Source: Betaproteobacteria bacterium
Lineage (GTDB): Bacteria > Pseudomonadota > Gammaproteobacteria > Burkholderiales > SG8-39
Direction: 5' to 3'
NCBI GenBank assembly: GCA_004298385.1
Contig: SCTX01000057.1
Coordinates: forward strand, 515-64,514
Length of the DNA: 64,000 nt
The notes under the pieces were generated by a model. It searched no databases, had not been told where the DNA came from, and saw only the letters and a list, made by a program, of their open reading frames with translations. The translations under genes and the position numbers were made by a program. Shown here piece by piece: positions 1 to 9,538 of the stretch. Within the stretch, counting starts at the first letter, position 1. Each line of letters starts with the position of its first letter.

Positions 1-1
1 T

Positions 2-214
2 GCGGCGGTCATTACATCGAACCTGCGATTGGCCGACGCTCCGGGAAACGTTCGCCTCCCGGTCAAGGGAACCGGCCTTACGAAAGCGTCCGTCGCAAAC
101 GTCTCTCAGATCATCACCGTGGACAAGACGTTTCTCACGGAGCGAATCGGAAGACTCAACCCTCGATTACTGGCCGAAGTTGACGATGGGCTTCGCCTCG
201 TCTTGTCGGTCTAA
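2..214 (+). CDS. PemK/MazF-family type II toxin (endoribonuclease), C-terminal part; 5' end lies outside the window
   Basis: Frame is open from the window edge. Translation AAVITSNLRLADAPGNVRLPVKGTGLTKASVANVSQIITVDKTFLTERIGRL has the ITSN...S.ANVSQI.TVDK core typical of MazF/PemK toxins. Confidence 0.75.
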   Translation, partial: AAVITSNLRLADAPGNVRLPVKGTGLTKASVANVSQIITVDKTFLTERIGRLNPRLLAEVDDGLRLVLSV

Positions 215-439
215 GCAGGGTCTAACCGCGCGCTTGACCCGGACGCGCGCAAGAGCGGCGCGCGCCGGTCAGCGCGAACGTTTGACCTCTTTTCCTTGCC
301 CAGTCTTTCGGAACTTGCCTTGGCACTACAGTGTAGTTACACATTTACGTGACTGCGCTACATCGCAACGCAAACTGAATCTCAATTGGAGGTGAGCGTC
401 TGCTTTGTTGCAGAGGTTTAACGCATCGGGAGGAGATCA

Positions 440-982
440 ATGAGCCGTACTAGCCATGTTTGTCTTATGGCCTCTTACAATGAGTGGATGAACGCCAGGG
501 TGTATGAGGCGGCGGGGAGTTTGCCTGAGGAAGAGCTTTCGGCAAATAGGAAGGCATTCTTCGGTTCCATACTCGGGACACTGAACCACTTGGTCGTCGG
601 AGACACAATTTGGCTTAAACGCTTTGCAACCCACCCAGCCAATCACGCTTCACTCGAGCCGATACGGCGTCTTCCGACCCCGAAAAGCCTCGACCAGTGC
701 CTGTTCACAAATATGCAAGATCTCTCAGGCCATCGGAAGTGGCTCGATGGGGTCATCATAGAATGGGCGGGTTCGATTGCAGAGTCCGACCTGGATCACG
801 TCTTGCGCTACGCAAACATGAAAGGCGTAGCCGCAAACAAAAGCTTGTTCGGCTTGGTTATGCATTTTTTTAACCATCAAACTCACCATCGAGGTCAGGT
901 TACGACATTGCTGTCGCAGGCAGGCATCGATGTCGGGGTCACGGATCTGCTTGCCCTCATCCCCAATGCGCCCGGCGCATAG
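440..982 (+). CDS. DinB-family (DinB/YfiT-like four-helix bundle) protein
   Basis: 180-aa ORF with SD GGGAGGAG just upstream of the ATG. N-terminal YNEWMN..V and C-terminal HFFNHQTHHRGQ motifs are typical of the DinB family. G+C is visibly lower than the rest of the window. Confidence 0.8.
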   Translation: MSRTSHVCLMASYNEWMNARVYEAAGSLPEEELSANRKAFFGSILGTLNHLVVGDTIWLKRFATHPANHASLEPIRRLPTPKSLDQCLFTNMQDLSGHRKWLDGVIIEWAGSIAESDLDHVLRYANMKGVAANKSLFGLVMHFFNHQTHHRGQVTTLLSQAGIDVGVTDLLALIPNAPGA

Positions 983-999
983 CCAATCGCTTACTCCCC

Positions 1000-1146
1000 T
1001 CACCGCACCTTAATCTCAATCCACATCCGATTAAGCAAGCGCCGCTCCGCCCGCGTGAGTTCGCGCAACTGCTGCAATTTCGCCAACTGCTCGCGCCCCG
1101 GAAACACCGCGGCGTTGCTCGCGATTTCCGGCCGAATCAGGGGCAT
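1000..1146 (-). CDS. Possible small protein (48 aa), function unknown
   Basis: ATG..TGA ORF below the track cutoff: MPLIRPEIASNAAVFPGREQLAKLQQLRELTRAERRLLNRMWIEIKVR. Third codon positions are strongly G/C-biased like the real genes here. It lies directly downstream of the symporter gene. No family recognised. Confidence 0.3.
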   Translation of the reverse strand: MPLIRPEIASNAAVFPGREQLAKLQQLRELTRAERRLLNRMWIEIKVR

Positions 1147-1201
1147 GGCCGCGGCGTTGGGGCTGCCGGCGCGCTGGGCTCGGCCGGGACGGCTGCGCCG
1201 C

Positions 1202-2641
1202 TTATCGCCGCACGAACCAGTTTATGCGCGGCGTCTTCTGTCCGCCGGCAAGCGAAACCAGCGAGCCGAAGATCATGCCGGCGAGGCTCATGGCGAGGCC
1301 GGCGAGCTGCGGCGGCACTAGGCCGTTTGGATTGAAAATCTCCAGGTTGATCCAGGTCGCGAGGCCGAGCACGATCGCCAGCGTCGCGCCGAGGGTGGTC
1401 GCGCGGTGCCAGTACAGCCCGAACGTGAGCGGCACAATGGCCGCGACCAGGGTCACCTTGTAGGCGTTCTCGACCATTTTGTAGATGCTCGCGTCCGTGT
1501 TGAGCGCGAACACGGTCACCATCACGGTGAAGCAGAGCACGACCGCGCGCATCGCGAACAGGAACTGGCGGTCGGTCCAGTGGCGGAACGCGCCGCGCAG
1601 GATGTTCTCGGTAAATGTGACCGAAGGCGCGAGCAGGGTTGCGCTGGCGCAGCTTTTGATCGCCGACAGCAGCGCGCCGAAAAACATCACCTGCGCGAAC
1701 ACCGGCACGTGCTGCATGATCAGGGTCGGCAGAATCAGTTGCGAATCCGTGTTGATCAGGCCTGCGACCATCTTCGGGTCGATCAGCGTCGCCGAGTAGG
1801 CGAGGAACATCGGGATGAAGGCGAAGCAGAAGTAGAGCGCGCCTCCTAATATCGAGGCGTTGCCGGCGATGCGCTCGTTCTTGGACGAGGCCACGCGCTG
1901 GAACACGTCCTGCTGCGGGATCGAGCCGAACATCATGGTGATCCAGGCGGCAAGGAACCAGAGCATCTCCCGCAGATCCGGCGCGGGCAGCAGGTTGAAC
2001 TTGCCGGCCTCAGACGCGTGGCTGAGCACGGTGCCGACGCCGCCGACCATGCCGCTCACCTCGAACGCGATATACACCATGCCCACCAGAATGACGATCA
2101 TCTGCAGGAAGTCGGTGACCGCGACCGACCACATGCCGCCCCACATGGTGTAAATCAGCACCGTCGCGGCGCCGACGATCATCCCCGTTTGCTGCGACAT
2201 CGCGCCCTCGGAAACGACGTTGAACACCAGCCCCAGCGCCTTGATCTGCGCCGCGACCCAGCCAAGATACGAAATCACGATGCACAGCGTGGTGAGCACC
2301 TCGACCGTGCGGTTGAAGCGCTTGCGGTAGAAATCGCCTATGGTCAAGAGGTTCATGCGGTAGAGCGGGCGGGCAAAGAACAGGCCGACGAGGATCAGGC
2401 ACATGCTCGAGCCGAACGGGTCGGCCACCACGCCCGCGAGGCCGTCCTTCAGGAACGAAGCCGGTATGCCGAGCACGGTTTCTGAGCCGAACCAGGTCGC
2501 GAACACGGTCGCTGTGACGATGTAGAACGGAAGCGCGCGCCCGGCGACCGCGTAATCCTTGGAGTTCTTCACCAACGTGCCGGCCCACAGGCCGATGCCG
2601 ATGGAAACGATCCAGTAGGTGATGACGAACCAGAGCAGCAT
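1202..2641 (-). CDS. Sodium:solute symporter (SSS) family transporter
   Basis: 479-aa polytopic membrane protein. N-terminus DYAVAGRALPFYIVTATVFATWFGSETVLG is the SSS signature region, with many hydrophobic helices throughout. Confidence 0.85.
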   Translation of the reverse strand: MLLWFVITYWIVSIGIGLWAGTLVKNSKDYAVAGRALPFYIVTATVFATWFGSETVLGIPASFLKDGLAGVVADPFGSSMCLILVGLFFARPLYRMNLLTIGDFYRKRFNRTVEVLTTLCIVISYLGWVAAQIKALGLVFNVVSEGAMSQQTGMIVGAATVLIYTMWGGMWSVAVTDFLQMIVILVGMVYIAFEVSGMVGGVGTVLSHASEAGKFNLLPAPDLREMLWFLAAWITMMFGSIPQQDVFQRVASSKNERIAGNASILGGALYFCFAFIPMFLAYSATLIDPKMVAGLINTDSQLILPTLIMQHVPVFAQVMFFGALLSAIKSCASATLLAPSVTFTENILRGAFRHWTDRQFLFAMRAVVLCFTVMVTVFALNTDASIYKMVENAYKVTLVAAIVPLTFGLYWHRATTLGATLAIVLGLATWINLEIFNPNGLVPPQLAGLAMSLAGMIFGSLVSLAGGQKTPRINWFVRR

Positions 2642-2726
2642 AGCTGGAGAGGTTTAGAGTCTGCTAATCGTGCGCGACGCGCCGATTATATCCCGCGGCT
2701 CCGCATCGGCGAAATGCGCGCAGCGG

Positions 2727-4262
2727 CTATAGCGCGAGGACGATCTGCCAGGCGAGCAGGGCCGCAAGCAGCAGGCAGAGCATGACGGTGCTGCGGTGGC
2801 GGCGACTTTGCTCGGCGGCGAGCCGCTCCAGCGCCTGCTCGATCCCGGCCACGTGGTCGGCGTCGAGTGCGCGGTGCGCGAGGCGCGGCAGTTGCGGCAG
2901 CATGTTGACCCAGCGCGGCGCTTCATTTTGCAGGCCGCGCAGCAAGCCGCGCCAGCCCAGTTGTTCGCTCATCCAGCGCTCGAGGTAAGGCTTGGCGGTC
3001 TTCCACAGATCGAGCTCGGGGTCGAGCTGCCGCCCCAAACCCTCGATGTTGAGCAAGGTCTTTTGCAGCATCACCAGTTGCGGCTGGATTTCGACATTGA
3101 AGCGGCGCGAGGTCTGGAACAGGCGCAGCAGCACCCGGCCGAAGGAAATGTCCTTCAGCGGCCGGTCGAACACCGGCTCGCACACGGCGCGGATGGCGTT
3201 CTCGAACTCGTCCACGCGCGTGTCCGGCGGCACCCAGCCCGCTTCGATGTGAGCCTGCGCCACGCGCTTGTAGTTGCGCTGGAAGAAGGCGAGGAAGTTC
3301 TGCGCCAGGTAGTTCTTGTCGACGTCGGTGAGCGTGCCCATGATGCCGAAATCCACGGCGACGTACTTGCCGCGGATTTCGGCGTCGGTGGATACGAAAA
3401 TATTGCCCGGGTGCATGTCGGCGTGGAAAAAACCGTCGCGGAACACCTGGGTGAAAAAGATCTCCACCCCGGCGCGGGCGAGGCGCGGGATGTCGATGCC
3501 GGCGGCGCGCAGACGCTCCACGTGGCTGATGGGTATGCCGCTGATGCGCTGCATCACCATCACCGAGGACGAGCAGTAGTCCCAGTAGATTTCTGGAATC
3601 ATCAGCAGCGGCGAGCCGGCGAAGTTGCGCCGCAACTGGCTCGCGTTCGAGGCCTCGCGCATCAGGTCGAGCTCGTCGTTGAGGTGCATGGCGAACTCCG
3701 CCACCACTTCGCGCGGCTTCAGGCGCCTGCCGTCGACCCACAGCGTTTCGATCAGGCTGGCCGCGCTGTCGAGCAGGGCCACGTCCTTTTCGATCGCCTG
3801 CTGCATGTTGGGGCGCAGGATCTTCACCGCGCATTCGCGCCCGCCGGGGAGCACGGCGAAATGCACCTGGGCGATGGAGGCGCTCGCCACCGGCTGCGCC
3901 TCGAACTGCTCGAACACCTCGGTGACTGGCCGGCCGAAGGAACGCTCTAGTTGGGCGTGGGCGAGTGCCGTCGAAAACGGCGGCACCTGGTCCTGCAGCT
4001 TCGCCAGCTCGTCGGCGATGTCGGCGGGCAGCAGGTCGCGCCGGGTGGACAGCACCTGGCCGAACTTGACGAACAGCGGCCCCAGGGCCTCCAGCGCGAG
4101 GCGCAGGCGCACCGCGCGCGGCTCGGTGAGCCTGCGCCAGAACAGCACGCGCTGCACCGCCACCAGCAGGAAGCGCGTGCGCGCGTGGGCGAGCACGAAC
4201 TCATCCAGGCCGAAGCGGATGCCGACGCTGATGATTCGGGCGAGGCGCAGGAGGCGCTGCAA
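2727..4262 (-). CDS. ubiB: Ubiquinone biosynthesis regulatory protein kinase UbiB (ABC1/ADCK-like)
   Basis: 511 aa with kinase-like motifs AVKILRPN and [13 protein letters not shown] and a C-terminal TM helix. It sits in the conserved ubiE/ubiJ/ubiB context. Confidence 0.95.
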   Translation of the reverse strand: MQRLLRLARIISVGIRFGLDEFVLAHARTRFLLVAVQRVLFWRRLTEPRAVRLRLALEALGPLFVKFGQVLSTRRDLLPADIADELAKLQDQVPPFSTALAHAQLERSFGRPVTEVFEQFEAQPVASASIAQVHFAVLPGGRECAVKILRPNMQQAIEKDVALLDSAASLIETLWVDGRRLKPREVVAEFAMHLNDELDLMREASNASQLRRNFAGSPLLMIPEIYWDYCSSSVMVMQRISGIPISHVERLRAAGIDIPRLARAGVEIFFTQVFRDGFFHADMHPGNIFVSTDAEIRGKYVAVDFGIMGTLTDVDKNYLAQNFLAFFQRNYKRVAQAHIEAGWVPPDTRVDEFENAIRAVCEPVFDRPLKDISFGRVLLRLFQTSRRFNVEIQPQLVMLQKTLLNIEGLGRQLDPELDLWKTAKPYLERWMSEQLGWRGLLRGLQNEAPRWVNMLPQLPRLAHRALDADHVAGIEQALERLAAEQSRRHRSTVMLCLLLAALLAWQIVLAL

Positions 4263-4358
4263 TTTTGAGTCTTACGGAAATGGAAAAATGGATTTTAACC
4301 GTAGTGGACGCAGCGGCGCGGATCGCTGTTCCTCGGCGTCCTGCGCGCCCTCGGCGGT

Positions 4359-4937
4359 TCAACTCATTCTGGTCAATGCTTCGATTCTTTTCTCGATCCG
4401 CGCCAAGTCGTCGCGCAGTTGGTCCACGCCGGCCAGGAACTGGCGCACGTCGGCAGGGCGCGCCAACAGCGGCTGTTCCTCGATCCAGTATTCGGCCAGG
4501 TTCTGCGCCAGCTTCTCCGCCGCCTCCCTGTTCCAGGCGGCGAAGCGCCTGCCCTGTTCCACCATGCGGTGGGCGAGCACGTCGCCGAATATCCGCGACA
4601 GGTCTTCCTCGAAGTCCCAGCGCAGGTGGCGGAACAGGTACTGCACGGTGCTTGCCAGGTCGGCGCTGCCTTGGATGCCGATCTCGCGCATCAGCGCGTC
4701 TGCGCCGCGCGCCATCGCCGGCAGCGCGCCCGAGCCTATGGTGACAACCAGGTCCGGCGCGGCGTCCGGGGCGGCATCGGCCAGAAGACCGGAGTCGAGG
4801 ATGTCGAGGCGCAGCGCAGGCAGCGGCAGGGCGCGGAATTCCACGCACTGTCCGGCGTAGGGTTTGAGCTTGTCGCGTGCCCAGGCTTCCGCGCCGAGCA
4901 GGTGATTGAGAGCGAAAATCCCGGGATGCGGTAACAC
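4359..4937 (-). CDS. ubiJ: Ubiquinone biosynthesis accessory factor UbiJ (SCP2-like)
   Basis: 192 aa. N-terminus NHLLGAEAWARDKLKPYAGQ.V.F is typical of UbiJ/YigP. It is positioned immediately upstream of ubiB. Confidence 0.85.
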   Translation of the reverse strand: MLPHPGIFALNHLLGAEAWARDKLKPYAGQCVEFRALPLPALRLDILDSGLLADAAPDAAPDLVVTIGSGALPAMARGADALMREIGIQGSADLASTVQYLFRHLRWDFEEDLSRIFGDVLAHRMVEQGRRFAAWNREAAEKLAQNLAEYWIEEQPLLARPADVRQFLAGVDQLRDDLARIEKRIEALTRMS

Positions 4938-5059
4938 TTAAGACGTCCTTGGATGCGGATATGCCGGCACGGCGCCCATCGCGCTGCCTGACGGCGGCGC
5001 GGCGGACTTGGCCGGTAACAATACGGGGGGATGCCTCTCCTTGCGTCCTCCTAAGTTCT

Positions 5060-5087
5060 GGACGTCACAAGAGTTTTTGTGACGTCC
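5060..5087. repeat. Perfect 11-bp inverted repeat GGACGTCACAA-N6-TTGTGACGTCC, just downstream of the Tim44-like gene
   Basis: Read directly from the sequence. A further GACGTCC copy lies near 4945. No U-tract follows on either strand, so it is not a canonical intrinsic terminator. Confidence 0.6.
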
Positions 5088-5108
5088 TCCGATGCGAGCG
5101 AAGCCCTG

Positions 5109-5987
5109 CTACTGCATTTGCTGTATGCCCGCCAGCACCCAGCCGGTGGCGCCCGACACCGGCTTCGCCAAGTTCCAGATTTCCTCGAACGATTCCGGTT
5201 GCGCATTGGCGTTTTCGCGGATCATGCCGGAGAAGCGCACGCTGGCCCAGTGGCTGTTGCCCTCGGTGACCGCTTCCAGCAAGTCGGCGTTAAGCGTCAC
5301 CACATCGGTCTGTTGCCCGCTCGCTGCGTGCCCCTGCAGATCCTGCTTTATCGACTCGAACATCTCGTCGGTGGTGAATTCGCGCAACTCGTCCAGCTTG
5401 CCGCCGTCATGCACCGCCTGCAGCTTGACGAAATTGAGCTTCGCTTGGCGCAGGAAGCCCTCGGTGTCGAATCCGGCGGGGATGTTCGCTTGCGGATGCG
5501 CGCCGAAGGCGGGCGCGGCGCCAAGGCCGGCCGGCGGCGAGAGCGGCGGGGCAGCCGCGGGTTCGTTGCCCATGCCGGCGTACTGCAAATTGCCGGCGTC
5601 CTTGGGCCGGGTGAGCAGGCGAATGACAAAGAACACGGCGAAGCCGATCAGGGCCATCATCAGCACACTGCTCAGGATGCTTCCCAGGCCTCCCAGGCCG
5701 CCGTGGCCGAGAAGCCAGCCCAAGCCGAGGCCGGCGGCAAGACCCGCGATCGGGCCGAGCCAGCGGTTGCCGGCGGGCGCGGGTGCGGCAGCCGGGGCCG
5801 GCGCTGCGGCCGGGGCCGTTGGCGCGGCCTTCGAAGGCGGTGTTTGCTGCACGCTCTTGCTCGGAGCCACGCTGGAGCGTTGCGCGCCCATGCTCCTGCC
5901 GCCGCCCAGACGCGCGGCCTCCGCGTCCTGAACCATCAAGCCTAGCGCCAGGAATGCAGCGATCGAAATCGATAATAGATGTTTCAT
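5109..5987 (-). CDS. Tim44-like domain protein (membrane-anchored, Ala/Pro-rich linker)
   Basis: 292 aa with a signal/TM N-terminus and a low-complexity APAAAP linker. The C-terminal FDTEGFLRQAKLNFVKLQ...W domain is characteristic of bacterial Tim44-like proteins found between ubiE and ubiJ. Confidence 0.85.
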   Translation of the reverse strand: MKHLLSISIAAFLALGLMVQDAEAARLGGGRSMGAQRSSVAPSKSVQQTPPSKAAPTAPAAAPAPAAAPAPAGNRWLGPIAGLAAGLGLGWLLGHGGLGGLGSILSSVLMMALIGFAVFFVIRLLTRPKDAGNLQYAGMGNEPAAAPPLSPPAGLGAAPAFGAHPQANIPAGFDTEGFLRQAKLNFVKLQAVHDGGKLDELREFTTDEMFESIKQDLQGHAASGQQTDVVTLNADLLEAVTEGNSHWASVRFSGMIRENANAQPESFEEIWNLAKPVSGATGWVLAGIQQMQ

Positions 5988-6031
5988 TTTTTCTCCTTAC
6001 AGCGTGAACCAAACATTATGCGCCCATTCCT

Positions 6032-6766
6032 TCAAAACTTGTAACCCCGATGCAGCGCGACCACGCCGGCGCTCAAATTGAAATATTCGACCCGCTCCAG
6101 ACCCACATGTTCCATCATGCCCTTCAATTGCTCCTGGTCGGGGTGCACGCGTATGGATTCGGCCAGATAGCGATAACTGTCGGCATCCCCCGCAATCTTG
6201 GACCCCAGCCAGGGCAACACTTTGAACGAATACCAGTCATAGGCTCGGGCGAGGGGCTGCCATACGCGGGAGAATTCCAGCACCAGCAGCCGCCCGCCCG
6301 GCTTGAGCACGCGGCGCATCTCGGTCAGCGCCGCTTCCTTGTGGGTCATGTTGCGCAGCCCGAAGGCGACGCTGACGCAGTCGAAACTATCGGCGTGAAA
6401 AGGCAGCTTTTCGGCATCGCACTGCGCCAGCGGCAAGGCCCGGCCCTCGTCTAGCAGCCGGTCGCGCCCGCGGGCGAGCATGGCGCCATTGATATCGGTG
6501 AGCCAGACCTGGCCTTCGGGGCCGACGCGGCGCGCGAACGCGCTGGCCAAATCACCGCTACCCGAGGCGACGTCGAGCACGCGCTCGCCCGTCCTGACGC
6601 CGGCTAGCGCGATGGTGAAAGCCTTCCAGGCGCGGTGCATCCCGGCCGACATCAGGTCGTTCATCAGGTCGTACTTGGGCGCGACCGAGTCGAATACGCC
6701 GGCGACCTTTCGCGCTTTCTCGATCTCGTCTATCTCTTGATAGCCAAAGTGGGTCTTGCCGTTCAT
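6032..6766 (-). CDS. ubiE: Demethylmenaquinone / 2-methoxy-6-polyprenyl-1,4-benzoquinol methyltransferase UbiE
   Basis: 244 aa with SAM-binding motif [11 protein letters not shown] and conserved [16 protein letters not shown] and [14 protein letters not shown] blocks. Confidence 0.95.
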   Translation of the reverse strand: MNGKTHFGYQEIDEIEKARKVAGVFDSVAPKYDLMNDLMSAGMHRAWKAFTIALAGVRTGERVLDVASGSGDLASAFARRVGPEGQVWLTDINGAMLARGRDRLLDEGRALPLAQCDAEKLPFHADSFDCVSVAFGLRNMTHKEAALTEMRRVLKPGGRLLVLEFSRVWQPLARAYDWYSFKVLPWLGSKIAGDADSYRYLAESIRVHPDQEQLKGMMEHVGLERVEYFNLSAGVVALHRGYKF

Positions 6767-6778
6767 CGCAGGTTCCGC

Positions 6779-7177
6779 CTAGTGGCAGCCGCTTGTGATC
6801 GGCGCGGCAGGGCTGTTGCCGGGGTCCCGGCTTGCGCCGGCTGCCTGCAGGCGCTGCAGGTATTGCTGCCATAACTGGTCCCGGTCAAGCCCGAGTTCGT
6901 ACAGATAATCCCAGGAGTAGAGTCCGCTGTCGTGTCCGTCGGAGAAGCGTGGCTGCACCGCATAACTGCCCACCGGTTCGATGGCGGTGATGTCGACATT
7001 CTTCTTGCCGACTTGCAGCACTTCCTGCCCCGGCCCGTGGCCACGCACCTCGGCCGAGGGCGAGTACACGCGCAGGAATTCATACGACAACTCGAAGCGC
7101 TTGCCGTCGGCGAACGAAATCTCCATCTGGCGCGACTTCTGGTGCAGCTTGATTTCAGTGGGCGTGTGCTTGTTCAT
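6779..7177 (-). CDS. DUF971 (gamma-butyrobetaine hydroxylase-like N-terminal domain) protein
   Basis: Start taken at the internal ATG (MNKHTPTEIKLHQKSR...). The upstream extension of the tracked ORF runs into the phoB Pho box. The motif FSDGHDSGLYSWDYLYELG is typical of DUF971. Confidence 0.8.
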   Translation of the reverse strand: MNKHTPTEIKLHQKSRQMEISFADGKRFELSYEFLRVYSPSAEVRGHGPGQEVLQVGKKNVDITAIEPVGSYAVQPRFSDGHDSGLYSWDYLYELGLDRDQLWQQYLQRLQAAGASRDPGNSPAAPITSGCH

Positions 7178-7231
7178 GTCGGTGGCGCGAAGCGGGGGGC
7201 GCCTATGATACCGCGGCCAGCGTGTTTGTGG

Positions 7232-7265
7232 CTGTAAGCAAAATGTCATGCAAGCGACATACTAT
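7232..7265 (+). promoter_or_regulatory. Candidate Pho box plus -10 element for phoBR
   Basis: CTGTAAG-CAAA-ATGTCAT (7232-7249) forms two 7-nt direct repeats with 4-nt spacing, resembling the E. coli Pho-box consensus CTGTCAT-N4-CTGTCAT. TACTAT (7260-7265) lies 10 nt downstream, and the phoB ATG is at 7289. Confidence 0.55.
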
Positions 7266-7288
7266 TACATTTTGGAATCGATAAAATC

Positions 7289-7978
7289 ATGGCGCTCAAT
7301 GTATTGATCGTGGAAGACGAAGCCGCCATCCGGGAGTTGATTGCCGTCAACCTGGAAAGCGCAGGCCACCATGTATCGCGGGCCTCGGATGCGGAGCAGG
7401 CGCTTACTTGCATACGCCGGACCCTGCCCGATCTGGTGCTGTTGGACTGGATGCTGCCCGGGCAGTCGGGATTGGCGATCGCGCGCCGTCTGCGCGCAAA
7501 CGAGCGCACCCGGACCATCCCCATCATCATGCTTACGGCGAAATCGGCCGAGCAGGACAAGGTCCTTGGGCTGGAAGCTGGCGCGGACGACTATGTCACC
7601 AAACCGTTCTCGCCGCGCGAGTTGCTGGCGCGCATCAAAGCGCTAATGCGCCGGCGCGCGCCGCAACTGACGGACGACGTGGTCGAGGCACAGGGCCTGC
7701 GCCTCGATCCGACCGCGCACCGGGTCAGCGGCAACGGTCTGGCGCTCGACCTGGGACCGACCGAATTCCGCCTGCTGCATTTTTTCATGACCCACGCCGA
7801 GCGGGTCTATAGCCGCGCGCAGTTGCTCGACCGCGTCTGGGGCGATCATGTATTCGTCGAGGAACGCACGGTAGATGTGCACATCCGCCGGCTGCGCCAA
7901 GCGCTCGAGGCGAGCGGCCACGATCGCCTGATCGAGACCGTGCGCGGCGCCGGCTATCGCTTCGCGGCTACGGCCTGA
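7289..7978 (+). CDS. phoB: Phosphate regulon response regulator PhoB (OmpR family)
   Basis: 229 aa. Receiver domain (ILIVEDE...DLVLLDWMLPG...K) plus winged-helix domain (TEFRLLHFFMTH..RVYSR.QLLD.VWG...VDVHIRRLR). Confidence 0.95.
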   Translation: MALNVLIVEDEAAIRELIAVNLESAGHHVSRASDAEQALTCIRRTLPDLVLLDWMLPGQSGLAIARRLRANERTRTIPIIMLTAKSAEQDKVLGLEAGADDYVTKPFSPRELLARIKALMRRRAPQLTDDVVEAQGLRLDPTAHRVSGNGLALDLGPTEFRLLHFFMTHAERVYSRAQLLDRVWGDHVFVEERTVDVHIRRLRQALEASGHDRLIETVRGAGYRFAATA

Positions 7979-8062
7979 AACGCCGGCCTGCGGGGCAGAC
8001 AGCGCGGGCGTGCGATAATTACCGGCTCGGAAAATGGGTCTATCGGTGATAACAGGATCGCA

Positions 8063-9379
8063 TTGAATTCCGTCTGGATGCGCGGCGCGGCGGCTCTTGC
8101 CGGTGTGTTTGCCGCCGGTCTGATCGCCTGGGCGCTCGCCGGCCCGGTCTGGGCGCTCGCCGCCGTCTGCCTTGGCCTCGCGCTTTTGCTGCTGCGCCAT
8201 GTGGCCAATCTGGCGGCACTGGCCGACTGGCTGCGCGATCCCTTGGCGAGGCCGGTGCCGCAGGGAAGCGGCGTCTGGGAAGAGGTGCTGGTCGGGCTCC
8301 ACCGTTTCGTGCGCGTCCGCATCAAACAGGAGCAGCAGTTCAGCGAAGACCTCGTGCGCTTTCGCCGCGCTGTCCTGGCCCTGCCCGACGGCGTCGTCCT
8401 GCTCGACGCGCGTGGGTGCATCGAGTGGTGCAACCCGATTGCCAGCCAGTACCTCGGGCTGGACGAGCAGCGCGATCTGGGCCAACCCCTGGTCAATCTG
8501 GTGCGGCACCCGGATCTCGCCGCCTACCTTGAGCGGGGCGAATACGCCGAGCCGCTCACCCTGCGCCTGAGGCGCGGCGAGGGCTTGGTGCTGTCGCTCG
8601 CCATTATCGCCTATGGCGAGGCGCAAAAACTCCTGCTCGCGAGCGACATCACCCTGGCGGAGAAAGTCGAAACCATGCGGCGCGATTTCGTCGCCAACGT
8701 CTCGCATGAACTGAAAAGCCCGCTTACCGTAGTGGCCGGATTTCTGGAAACGCTCGCCGACGGCGAAGTCAAACTCGACGAGCGGCGCCGGCAGGGCTAT
8801 CTGGAGATGATGCGCGAACACACACTGCGCATGCAGCGGCTGGTGGAAGATCTGCTCACGCTATCGGCCCTGGAGAGCAGCCGGGGCTCGAGCGATGAGA
8901 CCTTCGTCGATGTTTCGGTCCTGCTTGCCGGCGTGCGCGATGAAGCGCTGGCCCTGAGCGCCGGCCGCCATCGCATCGGGATCAGTGCGCAAGACCCGGT
9001 TCTGCTGCTCGCCAACGCGCAGGAACTGCGCAGCGCGTTCGGCAATCTGGTGAGCAACGCCGTGCGCTACACGCCTGCCGGCGGCGACATCCGGCTCAGT
9101 TGGAGGCGGCGCGGCGCGCAAGCGGTGTTCAGCGTCGCCGACAGCGGTCCCGGCATCGAGCCGCGCCATATCCCGCGCCTGACCGAGCGCTTCTACCGCG
9201 TCGACCAAAGCCGCTCGCGCGAGACCGGCGGCACCGGACTCGGCCTGGCCATTGTGAAACACGTGCTGACGCGTCATCAGGCGACGCTGGAAATCGAAAG
9301 CGAACCGGGTGCGGGGAGCACATTTTCCGCGGTGTTCCCCGCGCGGCGCATCAAATCCGTCGCCGAAGCAGCGACTTAA
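8063..9379 (+). CDS. phoR: Phosphate regulon sensor histidine kinase PhoR
   Basis: 438 aa with N-terminal TM region, PAS-like segment, H-box FVANVSHELKSPLT, and N/G boxes (NAVRYTP, DSGPGI, GGTGLGLAIVKH). TTG start at 8063 has an AGGA SD; an ATG at 8078 is the alternative. Confidence 0.9.
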   Translation: MNSVWMRGAAALAGVFAAGLIAWALAGPVWALAAVCLGLALLLLRHVANLAALADWLRDPLARPVPQGSGVWEEVLVGLHRFVRVRIKQEQQFSEDLVRFRRAVLALPDGVVLLDARGCIEWCNPIASQYLGLDEQRDLGQPLVNLVRHPDLAAYLERGEYAEPLTLRLRRGEGLVLSLAIIAYGEAQKLLLASDITLAEKVETMRRDFVANVSHELKSPLTVVAGFLETLADGEVKLDERRRQGYLEMMREHTLRMQRLVEDLLTLSALESSRGSSDETFVDVSVLLAGVRDEALALSAGRHRIGISAQDPVLLLANAQELRSAFGNLVSNAVRYTPAGGDIRLSWRRRGAQAVFSVADSGPGIEPRHIPRLTERFYRVDQSRSRETGGTGLGLAIVKHVLTRHQATLEIESEPGAGSTFSAVFPARRIKSVAEAAT

Positions 9380-9538
9380 ATCGAACTCCCGGTTGTTGCA
9401 GAGTTGCGACTTTGCGCGGGCGAGACGCGCGTCCGCGCGCAATGGCTGCTCCTCGACAAACCCCAGATATACCGAGGTAGTCCGAACTGCCGCGGCTTTT
9501 CTTGCATAAAACCCGGACCCCGTGTATCCAAAAGCAAG

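Noticed and set aside
325-337. Palindrome ACTACAGTGTAGT upstream of the DinB-family gene, considered as a LexA/SOS box
   Set aside because: It does not fit the proteobacterial CTGT-N8-ACAG pattern. The DinB family (DinB/YfiT fold) is unrelated to Pol IV, so no SOS link should be assumed.
2796-4860. 384-aa and 411-aa plus-strand ORFs, and 215-303-aa minus-strand ORFs in alternative frames over ubiB/ubiJ
   Set aside because: They overlap the well-supported ubiB and ubiJ genes and have Arg/Ser/Ala-rich shadow-frame translations.
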